Below the pieces are notes generated by a model, which saw only the letters and a list, made by a program, of their open reading frames with translations, ran no database searches and was not told the DNA's origin. A stretch of DNA of 64,000 bases from positions 4,950 to 68,949 of the forward strand of contig CAZTDV010000011.1 in NCBI GenBank assembly GCA_964612195.1, written 5' to 3'. The translations under genes and the position numbers were made by a program. How positions within the stretch are numbered: the stretch's first letter is position 1; every line of letters starts with the position of its first letter. Source of the DNA: an uncultured Sediminibacterium sp. (GTDB taxonomy: Bacteria > Bacteroidota > Bacteroidia > Chitinophagales > Chitinophagaceae). This document shows positions 20,520 through 29,394 of this stretch, piece by piece.

Positions 20520-20549
20520 TAAAATTGGTATCTTTAAAAAAACAAGTTC

Positions 20550-21131
20550 ATGGAATTTCAAGTAGATCAATTGCTTACAGTTACATTTACTCTTTTTGCG
20601 GTAATTGATATTGTAGGGTCTATCCCCTTGCTAATTTCTTTAAAGGAAAAAATGGGCGGAGGTATTCGTTCACTTCAAGTGACATTGATTTCTGGTGCCC
20701 TAATGATTTTGTTTTTATTTGCAGGAAAGCCTTTTTTAAAAATTCTCGGTTTAGATATTCGGTCTTTTGCAGTTGGTGGATCGATAGTGATTTTTTTACT
20801 CGGACTTGAAATGGTGCTAGGGCATGAAATTTTTAAAGGCGACAACAATGCTAAAAGTGGAAGTGTGGTTCCCATTGCATTTCCGATTATTGCTGGTTCT
20901 GGTACACTTACTACCATCATGTCATTAAAAGCCAACTTTGATGAAATGTATATCTTGTTTGGTATACTTATTAATCTTGTGGTTGTTTATATTACTTTAA
21001 GATTACTCAAAGTAATTGAACGTGCATTAGGCGAATCAGGATTACTGGCCGTCAGAAAATTCTTTGGTGTAATCCTGATTGCTATTGCTGTTAAAATATT
21101 TAGTACCAATATTGCAGCATTTGGTAAATAG
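20550..21131 (+). CDS. MarC family membrane protein
   Basis: VPIAFPIIAGSGT motif, 6 TM. Confidence 0.9.
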   Translation: MEFQVDQLLTVTFTLFAVIDIVGSIPLLISLKEKMGGGIRSLQVTLISGALMILFLFAGKPFLKILGLDIRSFAVGGSIVIFLLGLEMVLGHEIFKGDNNAKSGSVVPIAFPIIAGSGTLTTIMSLKANFDEMYILFGILINLVVVYITLRLLKVIERALGESGLLAVRKFFGVILIAIAVKIFSTNIAAFGK

Positions 21132-21140
21132 TCATTCTAT

Positions 21141-22811
21141 TTACCAGAGTATAGTATATAGTGCGGCAATAATTCCAAATAGTATTAATACGCCTACTAC
21201 AAATGCTGGATGCAATTTGAACATGCTTCTATCTACTTCTAGTCCTTTGGTTTGAACACCTTTTCTAATATCGTTCATGCTAATAAAATACATCCCTACT
21301 AAACAAATTAAGAAAACAATTCCCATCCTGTCTAAGAATGGAATTTCAAATACGCCTTCCCCATTTGCAACAGCATATCCAGAAGAGGCCAACCAAGAAA
21401 GATCTACATAATTGGGCATGAATTTAAAAATGATGGATAATACAAATCCACCAATGGTTGCAAATAATGCGGCATTTGAACTTGTTTTCTTCCAGAAGAA
21501 TCCTAAGAAAAACATGGCAAATACCCCTGGTGAAACAAAGCCCGTATATTCCTGAATATATTGGAATCCACCTTTTTTATCAATACCCATAAATGGTGCT
21601 ACTATCATTGCTAATATCATTGCAGCAACAATGGAAATTCTTCCAATGTTTACCATTTTTTGTTCTCCTGCTTCCGTATTAATTTTCTTTTTGTAAATAT
21701 CTAAAGTGAATATAGTTGCAATGCTATTGGCTTTTCCTGCTAAAGATGCTACTACTGCTGCTGTAAGTGCTGCGAAAGAGAGCCCTTTTAATCCCACCGG
21801 TAATAAATTTAATAATACCGGATAAGCGCGGTCGGGGTTTACTTCTCCATCTTGTAATAACTCTGTTTGAAAATAGCCTTGTTGATGCATCACATAAGCT
21901 GCAATACCTGGTAAAACTACTATTACAGGCATAATCAATTTCAAAAACCCCGCAAATAACAAACCATTACGGGCTGTTTTCAAATCGGCTCCTAAAGCAC
22001 GCTGAGTAATATATTGGTTACATCCCCAATAATTTAAATTGGCAATCCATAATCCTCCAATTAAAACAGTAAGCCCTGGCAAATCTGTAAAGCTTGGATT
22101 ATCAGGTTTCAAAATCATATGAAAATGATCGTCTGCTTTTTCTCTTAATACAGCAAAACCATTGAGCAACCCACTGGTTCCATTTTGCTCTGCTACCAAG
22201 TTCAATGCAATATAGGTAGCTGCCAATCCTCCTAAGATTAAAAAGAAAACTTGAATTACATCGGTGTATCCAATCACTTTCATACCGCCCAATGTAATGA
22301 GCACGGCAAAAAAACCTAGTGCCAACATACATATAGTGAATGATATTCCCGAGATACTACTGATGGCCAATGCACCCAAGAATAAAATGGATGTAAGGTT
22401 TACAAATACATATAACAGTAACCAGAATACGGCCATAATCATTGCTACGGTATCGTTGTAACGTACCTGCAAAAACTGTGGCATCGTGAATATTTTGTTT
22501 TTCAAATAAACTGGCATAAAAAATATAGCCACTACAATTAAAGTAACTGCAGCCATCCACTCATAACTGGCAATAGCTAAGCCCATTTTAAATCCACTCC
22601 CGCTCATTCCTATGAATTGCTCTGTTGAAATATTAGAAGCAATTAACGACGCACCAATGGCCCACCAGGTTAAAGAGCCTTCTGCTAAAAAATAATCTTT
22701 GGAACTAGCTTCCTTTGCTTTCTTTCTTCGGTATACCCATATACCATATCCTGCTACTAGAATAAAATAAAATAGAAATACCAAATAATCGGTTTGGTGC
22801 AATGCATTCAT
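21141..22811 (-). CDS. Sodium/sugar symporter (SSS family)
   Basis: SLIASNISTEQFIGMSGSG, YEWMAA, YWGCNQYITQRALG as in vSGLT-type symporters. Confidence 0.93.
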   Translation of the reverse strand: MNALHQTDYLVFLFYFILVAGYGIWVYRRKKAKEASSKDYFLAEGSLTWWAIGASLIASNISTEQFIGMSGSGFKMGLAIASYEWMAAVTLIVVAIFFMPVYLKNKIFTMPQFLQVRYNDTVAMIMAVFWLLLYVFVNLTSILFLGALAISSISGISFTICMLALGFFAVLITLGGMKVIGYTDVIQVFFLILGGLAATYIALNLVAEQNGTSGLLNGFAVLREKADDHFHMILKPDNPSFTDLPGLTVLIGGLWIANLNYWGCNQYITQRALGADLKTARNGLLFAGFLKLIMPVIVVLPGIAAYVMHQQGYFQTELLQDGEVNPDRAYPVLLNLLPVGLKGLSFAALTAAVVASLAGKANSIATIFTLDIYKKKINTEAGEQKMVNIGRISIVAAMILAMIVAPFMGIDKKGGFQYIQEYTGFVSPGVFAMFFLGFFWKKTSSNAALFATIGGFVLSIIFKFMPNYVDLSWLASSGYAVANGEGVFEIPFLDRMGIVFLICLVGMYFISMNDIRKGVQTKGLEVDRSMFKLHPAFVVGVLILFGIIAALYTILW

Positions 22812-22918
22812 ACAGCTTAGTTATAATCGTTTTAAACTCTTGTAATCTATACAATTATCAAATGCAGTAGAATTTATTGAGAGAGATTATTTTATCAAAT
22901 ATGGGGTACATATGTATC

Positions 22919-23016
22919 TGGATTCGCCAGGACATCTTCCTGTCTTTGCCAGGATTGTCAGCCTGCGGCTGACTTCCTTATTCGCCAAGATTGGCGGTCT
23001 TCGACCGCCTTCCTCC
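22919..23016 (-). repeat. Three degenerate tRNA-3'-like repeat units, two enclosing 17-nt hairpins (36-bp period)
   Basis: Plus strand: TTCGCCAGGA-catc-TTCCT; TTTGCCAGGATT-GTCAGCCTGCGGCTGAC-TTCCT; TTCGCCAAGATT-GGCGGTCTTCGACCGCC-TTCCT. Compare tRNA CTCGCCAGGAAT. Confidence 0.75.
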
Positions 23017-23031
23017 CGTTTTGAACTTACT

Positions 23032-23148
23032 CAAACCCTTTACGGCAACCTTCGGTTGCCTAGTCTGTTCCATTTTCATCAGCTTACACACGCAAGCGTG
23101 TGACGCTGCCTCAAATGAACAGACCGCAGCTTTCGCTGCGAGGGTTTG
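23032..23148 (-). ncRNA. Candidate structured RNA/element directly 3' of tRNA-Arg
   Basis: Closing helix CAAACCCT/AGGGTTTG encloses three hairpins with GAAA, CUUG and GAA loops. Confidence 0.5.
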
Positions 23149-23220
23149 TGGTCTCGCCAGGAATCGAACCTGGATCTGGAGCTTCGGAAACTCTTATACT
23201 ATCCATTGTACTACGAAACC
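23149..23220 (-). tRNA. tRNA-Arg (anticodon CCG)
   Basis: GGTTTCGTAGTACAATGGATAGTATAAGAGTTTCCGAAGCTCCAGATCCAGGTTCGATTCCTGGCGAGACCA; cloverleaf with TTCGA T-loop; TACATTTG box just upstream; CCA not encoded. Confidence 0.95.
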
Positions 23221-23250
23221 AATAATAGTTGCAAATGTAATTGAAGCAAA

Positions 23251-24180
23251 TTAATTCTGCTTAATCTGCGCAAAAATGCGCTCGGTATCTGCCAATGAAC
23301 AAAGCTCTGTTCCTTTATGTAAAGTTGCTGCAGAACCTGCAGCTACACCGTATTGTAGTACCTGCTCCCATCCCCATCCTTTGGTTAAAGCTGCCAACAT
23401 TCCTGCTACCATACTATCCCCTGCCCCTACGGTGCTTAATACCGGTGCCTTTGGTGCAACAGTTTGAAAATGTTCGGTGGCTGTAATCAACATTGCGCCA
23501 TCTGCTCCCATTGAAACTGCCATCGCTTTACATGATCCTGCTGCAATTACTTGACGGGCTGTTACAATAACATCTGCCATGTCAATCCATTCTTTACCAA
23601 CTAAAGATGCTAATTCACGCAAGTTGGGTTTTATTAAAAACAAGCCTTCTTTAACTGCAGCTTTTAATCCATCACCTGATGTGTCTACTATTAATTTTGC
23701 ATTTAGCTGTTGTGCAATGATGGCTATTTCGTGAAATACAATAGTTGATGTTCCGGGAGGCAAACTTCCACTCACTACAATATAATCAACATGCTTGCAA
23801 TTACCTATCGCTTGCAATAATAAACCTAACTCATGATCAGAAACAGGCTCTCCTGGCATGCCAAATCGGTACTGCAATTTTTTATCTTCATCAAACACTA
23901 CAAAATTTTCACGCGTATCTCCTTCGGTTTCAATAGCAGTAAAAGCCACTTGTTCCTTAGACAATAAAGCTTCTAAAGTTTTTCCTGTGTATCCACCAGA
24001 TAAAATAATTGCTTCGGAAGCCACGCCTAATTTTTTCAAAGCTCTTGAAATATTGATGCCACCACCACCAGGCTCTACTTTTGCAGATAGTGCACGTAAT
24101 TTTTTTTCTGGAATCAGCTCAGGTACTGAAATACTTTTGTCTAGTGCGGGGTTCAGGGTAATGGTAACTATATTAGCCAT
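23251..24180 (-). CDS. 1-phosphofructokinase/PfkB family hexose kinase
   Basis: TITLNPALD, PGGGGIN, IKPNLREL, STVGAGDS. Confidence 0.93.
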   Translation of the reverse strand: MANIVTITLNPALDKSISVPELIPEKKLRALSAKVEPGGGGINISRALKKLGVASEAIILSGGYTGKTLEALLSKEQVAFTAIETEGDTRENFVVFDEDKKLQYRFGMPGEPVSDHELGLLLQAIGNCKHVDYIVVSGSLPPGTSTIVFHEIAIIAQQLNAKLIVDTSGDGLKAAVKEGLFLIKPNLRELASLVGKEWIDMADVIVTARQVIAAGSCKAMAVSMGADGAMLITATEHFQTVAPKAPVLSTVGAGDSMVAGMLAALTKGWGWEQVLQYGVAAGSAATLHKGTELCSLADTERIFAQIKQN

Positions 24181-24189
24181 TGTATGAAA

Positions 24190-25368
24190 TTACATCAATT
24201 GCTTCATCTCTTGAAAAGCGGCTGGCAAGAAAATTCCCGTTGGTACACTGTTCATTATTTTCAAATCGGTCAATAAACTGCTTTCATTATCTAGAAAAGC
24301 CAATACATTACTGGCTTTATTCCCTTTGAAAATAGCTGCGAAAATTTCATCTCCTGGCATTTTACGATTGTGTAACACATTCAATAAAACGGCATCATAC
24401 AAATGTCCTTTTGAATCTTTCAGCGATTTGCCAAAAGAAAGATCTTTTCCATTTTTAATGGCATCAATCAAAGCAGCAGTTCTTTTTTGAATAAACTTAA
24501 ATGCATAACCACTGCTTGCTTTGGCTTGTCCACCTGCAATTCCAATGTAAATATTTCGACCCTTTGCATAAGGAAAATGTTTGGTCGTCATTGGAATAAC
24601 CCCTTTCTCCTCATGCAAGATTTCGTAGTCTTTTAGTTGCAATTGTTCAGAAATGTATTGACGCAATGCTACATTATACAATTCATCTTCTAATAATTCT
24701 TCTGTAAACAACGTGTATTCTATCAACGCAGTATTAGCCGAAGTGGGCAGCACATACATAAAAGTGGTTCCATGTTCTTGCGATACCCTAAAGTCCATGA
24801 ATACTGCTTTACTTGAATCAAAACAATCCCTTGCTGTTTTAATTTCCCATCCCTTAAAATGCTGTAAAAAATGGTATTCTGTAGAAGCTGCTTTAATGGG
24901 TTCAAATAAAATACTGCTGAATACATAATCAGCATAAATGGTTTCGCCATCAATTAATTCAATTCCGGCTAAATCGTTTGTACCGCTGAACTCAAAAGTG
25001 GTATCAACTAATTTTTTAACTGTTGCTTTTCTCCATTCAATATTAGATAATGCAGCTGTATTAGCTTTAACGTAATTGTAAAAATCAATCCCCTTAATCA
25101 TTTTATAACAATAAGGGTCAATGGATAATTCGGAAGAATACCGATTGGAATAGAAATCTAATTTTTTCCATTGGTGATGAACTATCGACTCAAAAAGATC
25201 AGGCTGAGTTTCCCAAAAGCACCAAGTACGATCATTTTGCTGTTTAGCATCTGCATCAATTACCAATATTTTTTTTGAAGCAAAAAATGGGTCAACTACC
25301 ATTCGCATCAATAAACTCATGCCTGCGCAACCGGCTCCAGCTATAATATAGTCGTATTGTTTTTGCAA
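24190..25368 (-). CDS. crtY: Lycopene beta-cyclase
   Basis: IIAGAGCAG, NDRTWCFW, FMYVLP, EKGVIPMT; in crt cluster. Confidence 0.9.
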   Translation of the reverse strand: MQKQYDYIIAGAGCAGMSLLMRMVVDPFFASKKILVIDADAKQQNDRTWCFWETQPDLFESIVHHQWKKLDFYSNRYSSELSIDPYCYKMIKGIDFYNYVKANTAALSNIEWRKATVKKLVDTTFEFSGTNDLAGIELIDGETIYADYVFSSILFEPIKAASTEYHFLQHFKGWEIKTARDCFDSSKAVFMDFRVSQEHGTTFMYVLPTSANTALIEYTLFTEELLEDELYNVALRQYISEQLQLKDYEILHEEKGVIPMTTKHFPYAKGRNIYIGIAGGQAKASSGYAFKFIQKRTAALIDAIKNGKDLSFGKSLKDSKGHLYDAVLLNVLHNRKMPGDEIFAAIFKGNKASNVLAFLDNESSLLTDLKIMNSVPTGIFLPAAFQEMKQLM

Positions 25369-25371
25369 AGA

Positions 25372-25839
25372 CTATACTGCTTTTAGCTTTTCGTCTCTCC
25401 TGATTTTATCCCAGTATTTTTTAGCAACAATTAACATCCCAAAACTCTCTCCTTCTTCTTTGTGCAAATGTTTGTGGTGCATTTTATGCGCCCACCTAAT
25501 GGCTCTAATGTATCGGTTATTGCTGCGGGTAAATAATTTAATACGTTGGTGTATAATAATTTCATGCACTAAAAAATAAGCGAAGCCATATAAAGCAATT
25601 CCTGCTCCAATACTTACTACCCAATAATTTTGATTCATACTGCCCAACATAATACATAACCAACTGGGTATTGCAAAAATCACGAAAAAGGCATCGTTCT
25701 TCTCCCAAAATCCTGGACCTTTTTGGTGATGGTCTTCATGCAAATACCAAAGAAATCCATGCATTATATATCGATGGGTTAGCCAAGTAATCCCTTCCAT
25801 AACAACAAATACCAATAAGGTTACTAATACATAAATCAT
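25372..25839 (-). CDS. crtZ: Beta-carotene 3-hydroxylase
   Basis: HRYIMHG, HEDHH, EKND, HEIIIHQR, HKMHH His boxes. Confidence 0.93.
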   Translation of the reverse strand: MIYVLVTLLVFVVMEGITWLTHRYIMHGFLWYLHEDHHQKGPGFWEKNDAFFVIFAIPSWLCIMLGSMNQNYWVVSIGAGIALYGFAYFLVHEIIIHQRIKLFTRSNNRYIRAIRWAHKMHHKHLHKEEGESFGMLIVAKKYWDKIRRDEKLKAV

Positions 25840-25840
25840 C

Positions 25841-26515
25841 TTATAAGAAAATTCTAAGTGACAGAAAAAATAATGCTTGAATTATCAACAAATGTATGGC
25901 AAAATGGTTTTGTGCTTTAATCTGTAAGTGTTGCTGAATAGCCAATAAAATGGCGCTTATAATAAACCAACTTGCATAATTTAACATTGGTATTGAACCT
26001 GCCTCCCAACTCCAGAAACCTAATTGGATAGCAACTGGTTCCATTAACCAATCAAAAAAAGTAGCTAAGACTGCACCGTCAATAACTACAGACCATTTGA
26101 TGATGGCCCTTGGAATGGGTGCCTCATATTTCGCCAACATTACTTTATTCAATTGTTGCATTAAAGAACCACAACAAAAAACAATTACAAACCAATTCAT
26201 TCCTATCAAAAAAGGTACGCCCATCAATTTGGGGCCCATAACCGTACCATAAGTATAATCTCCAAATAAGATTCCGGTATTCACCCCAATCATTTCTGTA
26301 ACCATTCCTGTTGCAAAGGCCAATAAAAAAAAACCAATAAACCCTTTCTCTATCCGCTCTTGACTAAAAGCTAGCAAAACACCCATTAATAACAAGGTTA
26401 TTGGTGTATTATTAATAAACCAGTCTTTGTATGGCGTAAATAGAATGCCTATAACACCTGTAATATGAAATAGTATTGCTAAAAAAAGTGGTATTCTTGG
26501 CCTTGCGTATAACAT
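25841..26515 (-). CDS. cruF: Carotenoid 1',2'-hydratase, CruF/LyeJ (DUF422) type
   Basis: EMIGVNTG.LFGDYTYG, GVPFLIG.NW, DWLMEPVA..LGFWSW, PMLNY. Confidence 0.8.
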   Translation of the reverse strand: MLYARPRIPLFLAILFHITGVIGILFTPYKDWFINNTPITLLLMGVLLAFSQERIEKGFIGFFLLAFATGMVTEMIGVNTGILFGDYTYGTVMGPKLMGVPFLIGMNWFVIVFCCGSLMQQLNKVMLAKYEAPIPRAIIKWSVVIDGAVLATFFDWLMEPVAIQLGFWSWEAGSIPMLNYASWFIISAILLAIQQHLQIKAQNHFAIHLLIIQALFFLSLRIFL

Positions 26516-26520
26516 GTTTG

Positions 26521-28023
26521 CTAATGCTTTAGTTTTTGCTGTTCGCCTACAAGTTTGGCGGTAATGGCCGCACTAGACAAACAAAGTGGAATTCCTCCTC
26601 CTGGATGTACACTCCCCCCTACAAAATACAACCCTTTTGTGGTATTGCTAAAATTTGGGTGACGCATAAATGCCGCAGTTTTACTATTTGAGCTGGTTCC
26701 ATACAGTGAACCCATATAAGAAGCCGTTTTAGATTCTATACTTACAGGAGAAAGAACCTCTTCTACTTCTATGAGTGGTTCAATATCTTCTCCCAATAAC
26801 TTACTCAATTTTTTAAGTATGGCAGACCTATAAAAATCTTTAACCGATTCCCAATTTTGTCCTTTATTAGCAGGTGCATTCACCATTACAAACCAATTTT
26901 CCTTACCCATTGGGGCTTGAATAGATGGTTCTATTTTACTGGTTATATTAATGTAAACTGTTGGGTCAGTAAATGGTTGTTTTGTTTTAAATAACGATTC
27001 AAATTCCTTCTCATAATCATTGCTAAAAAAAATATTGTGCAAATCCAATTGAGAAAAGCTTTTACTAATTCCCCAATAAAAGATAAACGCACTACTACTT
27101 CTTTCTTGTTGTAATACTTTAGCTGCTTTAATTGTATCGCCTAATAACTGTTGGTAGGTAAAATAAACATCCATATTGCTGACCACTATATCAGCGAAAT
27201 AATTTTCGTTATTTACGACCACACCCTTCACTTCTCCTTGTGCACGAATAATTTTTTCTACCTTATTTCCAAATTGAAATACCACTCCTTTCTTTAAGGC
27301 TAATTGGTACAATGCATTGGTAATACTAATCATTCCTCCTTTAGGATAAAAAGTACCTTCATTGTGTTCCAAATGCGGAATTAATGAAAGCATAGCAGGT
27401 GCTTTATAAGGATTACTTCCGTTATAAGTTGCATACCGATTAAATAGTTGAACCAGCTTAGGAGAATTGAAAGACCGCTTATTATAACTGTTTAAAGAAC
27501 TAAAGAGATAAGGCCATTTAACCGTTTGAATTGCTTTAAAAATAGGTGCTTTAAAAAGTGTTTTTATTTTATGCAATGAATAGTCTAAGAATATTCCTGC
27601 AATATTATTGTATGCATCCGCAGACTTATGCAAATACCGGTGCAAGTTTTCTGAAGGCTCATTGGTTTTTTCTTGTAATTCAGCTGCAAACTTTTCCCTA
27701 TCGGCATAGGCACTAATTATAGTACCGTCTTCATAAAAATAATTACAAGCAACTGGTACTTTTTCGTAACTAAAATAGTCTTGCATAGGCTCGCCAGCAA
27801 ATGCAAATAATTCTTCAATTAATTGAGGACGGGTAAACAAACTTGGGCCAGCATCAAATTGAAAACCTCCTAATTCAAAATGGCTCAACTTTCCACCGGG
27901 ATAATCATTTTTTTCAAAAACAGTTACCGCATATCCCATCACTTGCAAACGAATCGCTGCTGCTAATCCAGCAACGCCTGATCCAATAACGACTGCTTTC
28001 TTAGTAGTGACGGTATTACTCAT
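26521..28023 (-). CDS. crtD: 1-hydroxycarotenoid 3,4-desaturase
   Basis: CrtI family; FNRYATYNGSNPYKAP, GGSVHPGGGIPLCL. Confidence 0.88.
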   Translation of the reverse strand: MSNTVTTKKAVVIGSGVAGLAAAIRLQVMGYAVTVFEKNDYPGGKLSHFELGGFQFDAGPSLFTRPQLIEELFAFAGEPMQDYFSYEKVPVACNYFYEDGTIISAYADREKFAAELQEKTNEPSENLHRYLHKSADAYNNIAGIFLDYSLHKIKTLFKAPIFKAIQTVKWPYLFSSLNSYNKRSFNSPKLVQLFNRYATYNGSNPYKAPAMLSLIPHLEHNEGTFYPKGGMISITNALYQLALKKGVVFQFGNKVEKIIRAQGEVKGVVVNNENYFADIVVSNMDVYFTYQQLLGDTIKAAKVLQQERSSSAFIFYWGISKSFSQLDLHNIFFSNDYEKEFESLFKTKQPFTDPTVYINITSKIEPSIQAPMGKENWFVMVNAPANKGQNWESVKDFYRSAILKKLSKLLGEDIEPLIEVEEVLSPVSIESKTASYMGSLYGTSSNSKTAAFMRHPNFSNTTKGLYFVGGSVHPGGGIPLCLSSAAITAKLVGEQQKLKH

Positions 28024-28028
28024 TTCTA

Positions 28029-28553
28029 TTATTTATTTTGTTGCAACCACCATGCTTTTACCTTTGGAAAGGCTATTAAAAACCAGCTAGTAAATTGCGC
28101 AGGTTCAGTTGCAATGAGTTGATTGATGTTTTCAAATGTACGGAAAGCATAGTCTTTTACCTCTAAAGGATTAGGGTGAATATTTCCTTGATAGCTTCCG
28201 ATAAATACATGGTCAAACTCGTATTCTGTTAAACCATTGTCGAATGGAGCTTTATAAACAAAATCAAAAGCTTTTTCTAAGGGAGTATCAAAGCCCATTT
28301 CTTCTTGTAATCTCCTATGCGCAGCGTTTTTTGTTAGTTCACCTGGTTTGGGATGGCTGCAACAGGTATTGGTCCACAAATTAGCACTATGGTATTTATT
28401 GCTGGCTCTTTGTTGCAATAACATTTCGCCCGCTTCATTAAAAATAAAAACACTGAAGGCACGGTGCAATACCGCTTTTTCATGCGCTTCCATTTTTTCC
28501 ATAAAGCCAACTTCCTGATCGGCTTCATTTACCAGAATCACTTGTTCTAACAT
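28029..28553 (-). CDS. idi: Isopentenyl-diphosphate delta-isomerase type 1
   Basis: LHRAFSVF, WTNTCCSHP, EYEFDHVF. Confidence 0.96.
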   Translation of the reverse strand: MLEQVILVNEADQEVGFMEKMEAHEKAVLHRAFSVFIFNEAGEMLLQQRASNKYHSANLWTNTCCSHPKPGELTKNAAHRRLQEEMGFDTPLEKAFDFVYKAPFDNGLTEYEFDHVFIGSYQGNIHPNPLEVKDYAFRTFENINQLIATEPAQFTSWFLIAFPKVKAWWLQQNK

Positions 28554-28557
28554 GTAT

Positions 28558-29394
28558 TTAGAGCAGATTTAATTGACTTCTAATACCCGCTTTTGCCAAA
28601 ATAAACATCTTACCGTGGTCTGGTATTCTCACTCTTGTATCGAGAATTTTTTGTGGCTGAAGTTTCTTGATTTTCTTAAACAAACTCAAATAATATTTAT
28701 ACGCAACATATACCCCAAAACGAGCTTTTAATGGCAATTGAAGTATGCCTTCATAAGCGTGATCAAAATCTTTTTGGATGTCTTCTTCTATTTTTAATTT
28801 ATCGTCTTGCGTAAAGTTACTAAAGTCGCAACCGGGGAAGTACATTCGATCTAACCCTTCAAAGTCTGCTTTCAAATCCCTTAAAAAATTTACTTTTTGA
28901 AAAGCCGATCCAAGGCTACAAGCATATGGTTTTAAGTGTTCGTAGCTAGTTCTATCTCCATTGCAAAAAACATATAAACACATTAAACCCACCACTTCAG
29001 CACTACCATAAATGTATTCTTCATACCCCGATTTATCGTACTGCTTTTTACCTAAATCCATTTCCATACTATGCAAAAAAGCATCAATTAATTGACGGTC
29101 AATTTTAAATTCATTCACCGTTAATTGAAAGCTATGCAAAATGGGATTCAATGAAATTTTCTGTTCTATTGCTTTGTAAGTTGCTGCTTTAAATTCTGCC
29201 AGTAATGTTTCTTTATCAAAGTCATGGAATGTATCTACTATTTCGTCTGCGAATCTTACAAAACCGTAAATATTGAATACGGGTGTTCTAAGATCTTTGT
29301 GCAAGAGACGAATAGAAGAAGAAAAACTAGTGCTATAAAGCTCGGTAGTAATTCTGCTACATTCTTGGCTTACTTGGTGAAACAGTTTAATCAT
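28558..29394 (-). CDS. crtB: Phytoene synthase
   Basis: YSTSFS, RFADEIVD, AFQKVNFLRD. Confidence 0.95.
   Translation of the reverse strand: MIKLFHQVSQECSRITTELYSTSFSSSIRLLHKDLRTPVFNIYGFVRFADEIVDTFHDFDKETLLAEFKAATYKAIEQKISLNPILHSFQLTVNEFKIDRQLIDAFLHSMEMDLGKKQYDKSGYEEYIYGSAEVVGLMCLYVFCNGDRTSYEHLKPYACSLGSAFQKVNFLRDLKADFEGLDRMYFPGCDFSNFTQDDKLKIEEDIQKDFDHAYEGILQLPLKARFGVYVAYKYYLSLFKKIKKLQPQKILDTRVRIPDHGKMFILAKAGIRSQLNLL

Noticed and set aside
22919-23016. CRISPR array
   Set aside because: Only 2-3 degenerate units with 17-nt palindromic inserts, and no cas genes in the window.
23060-23140. Hammerhead ribozyme (CUGAUGA on the minus strand, GAAA nearby)
   Set aside because: No stem II followed by GAAA comes after CUGAUGA; the order and pairing do not fit the hammerhead core.
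22919-23220. Integrated prophage/ICE at tRNA-Arg
   Set aside because: No integrase or cargo; the tRNA-like copies are within 250 bp of the tRNA and housekeeping genes flank both sides.
22912-23254. Plus-strand ORFs of 63 and 87 aa
   Set aside because: They lie antisense to the tRNA and hairpin tract, and are open only because of local GC richness.
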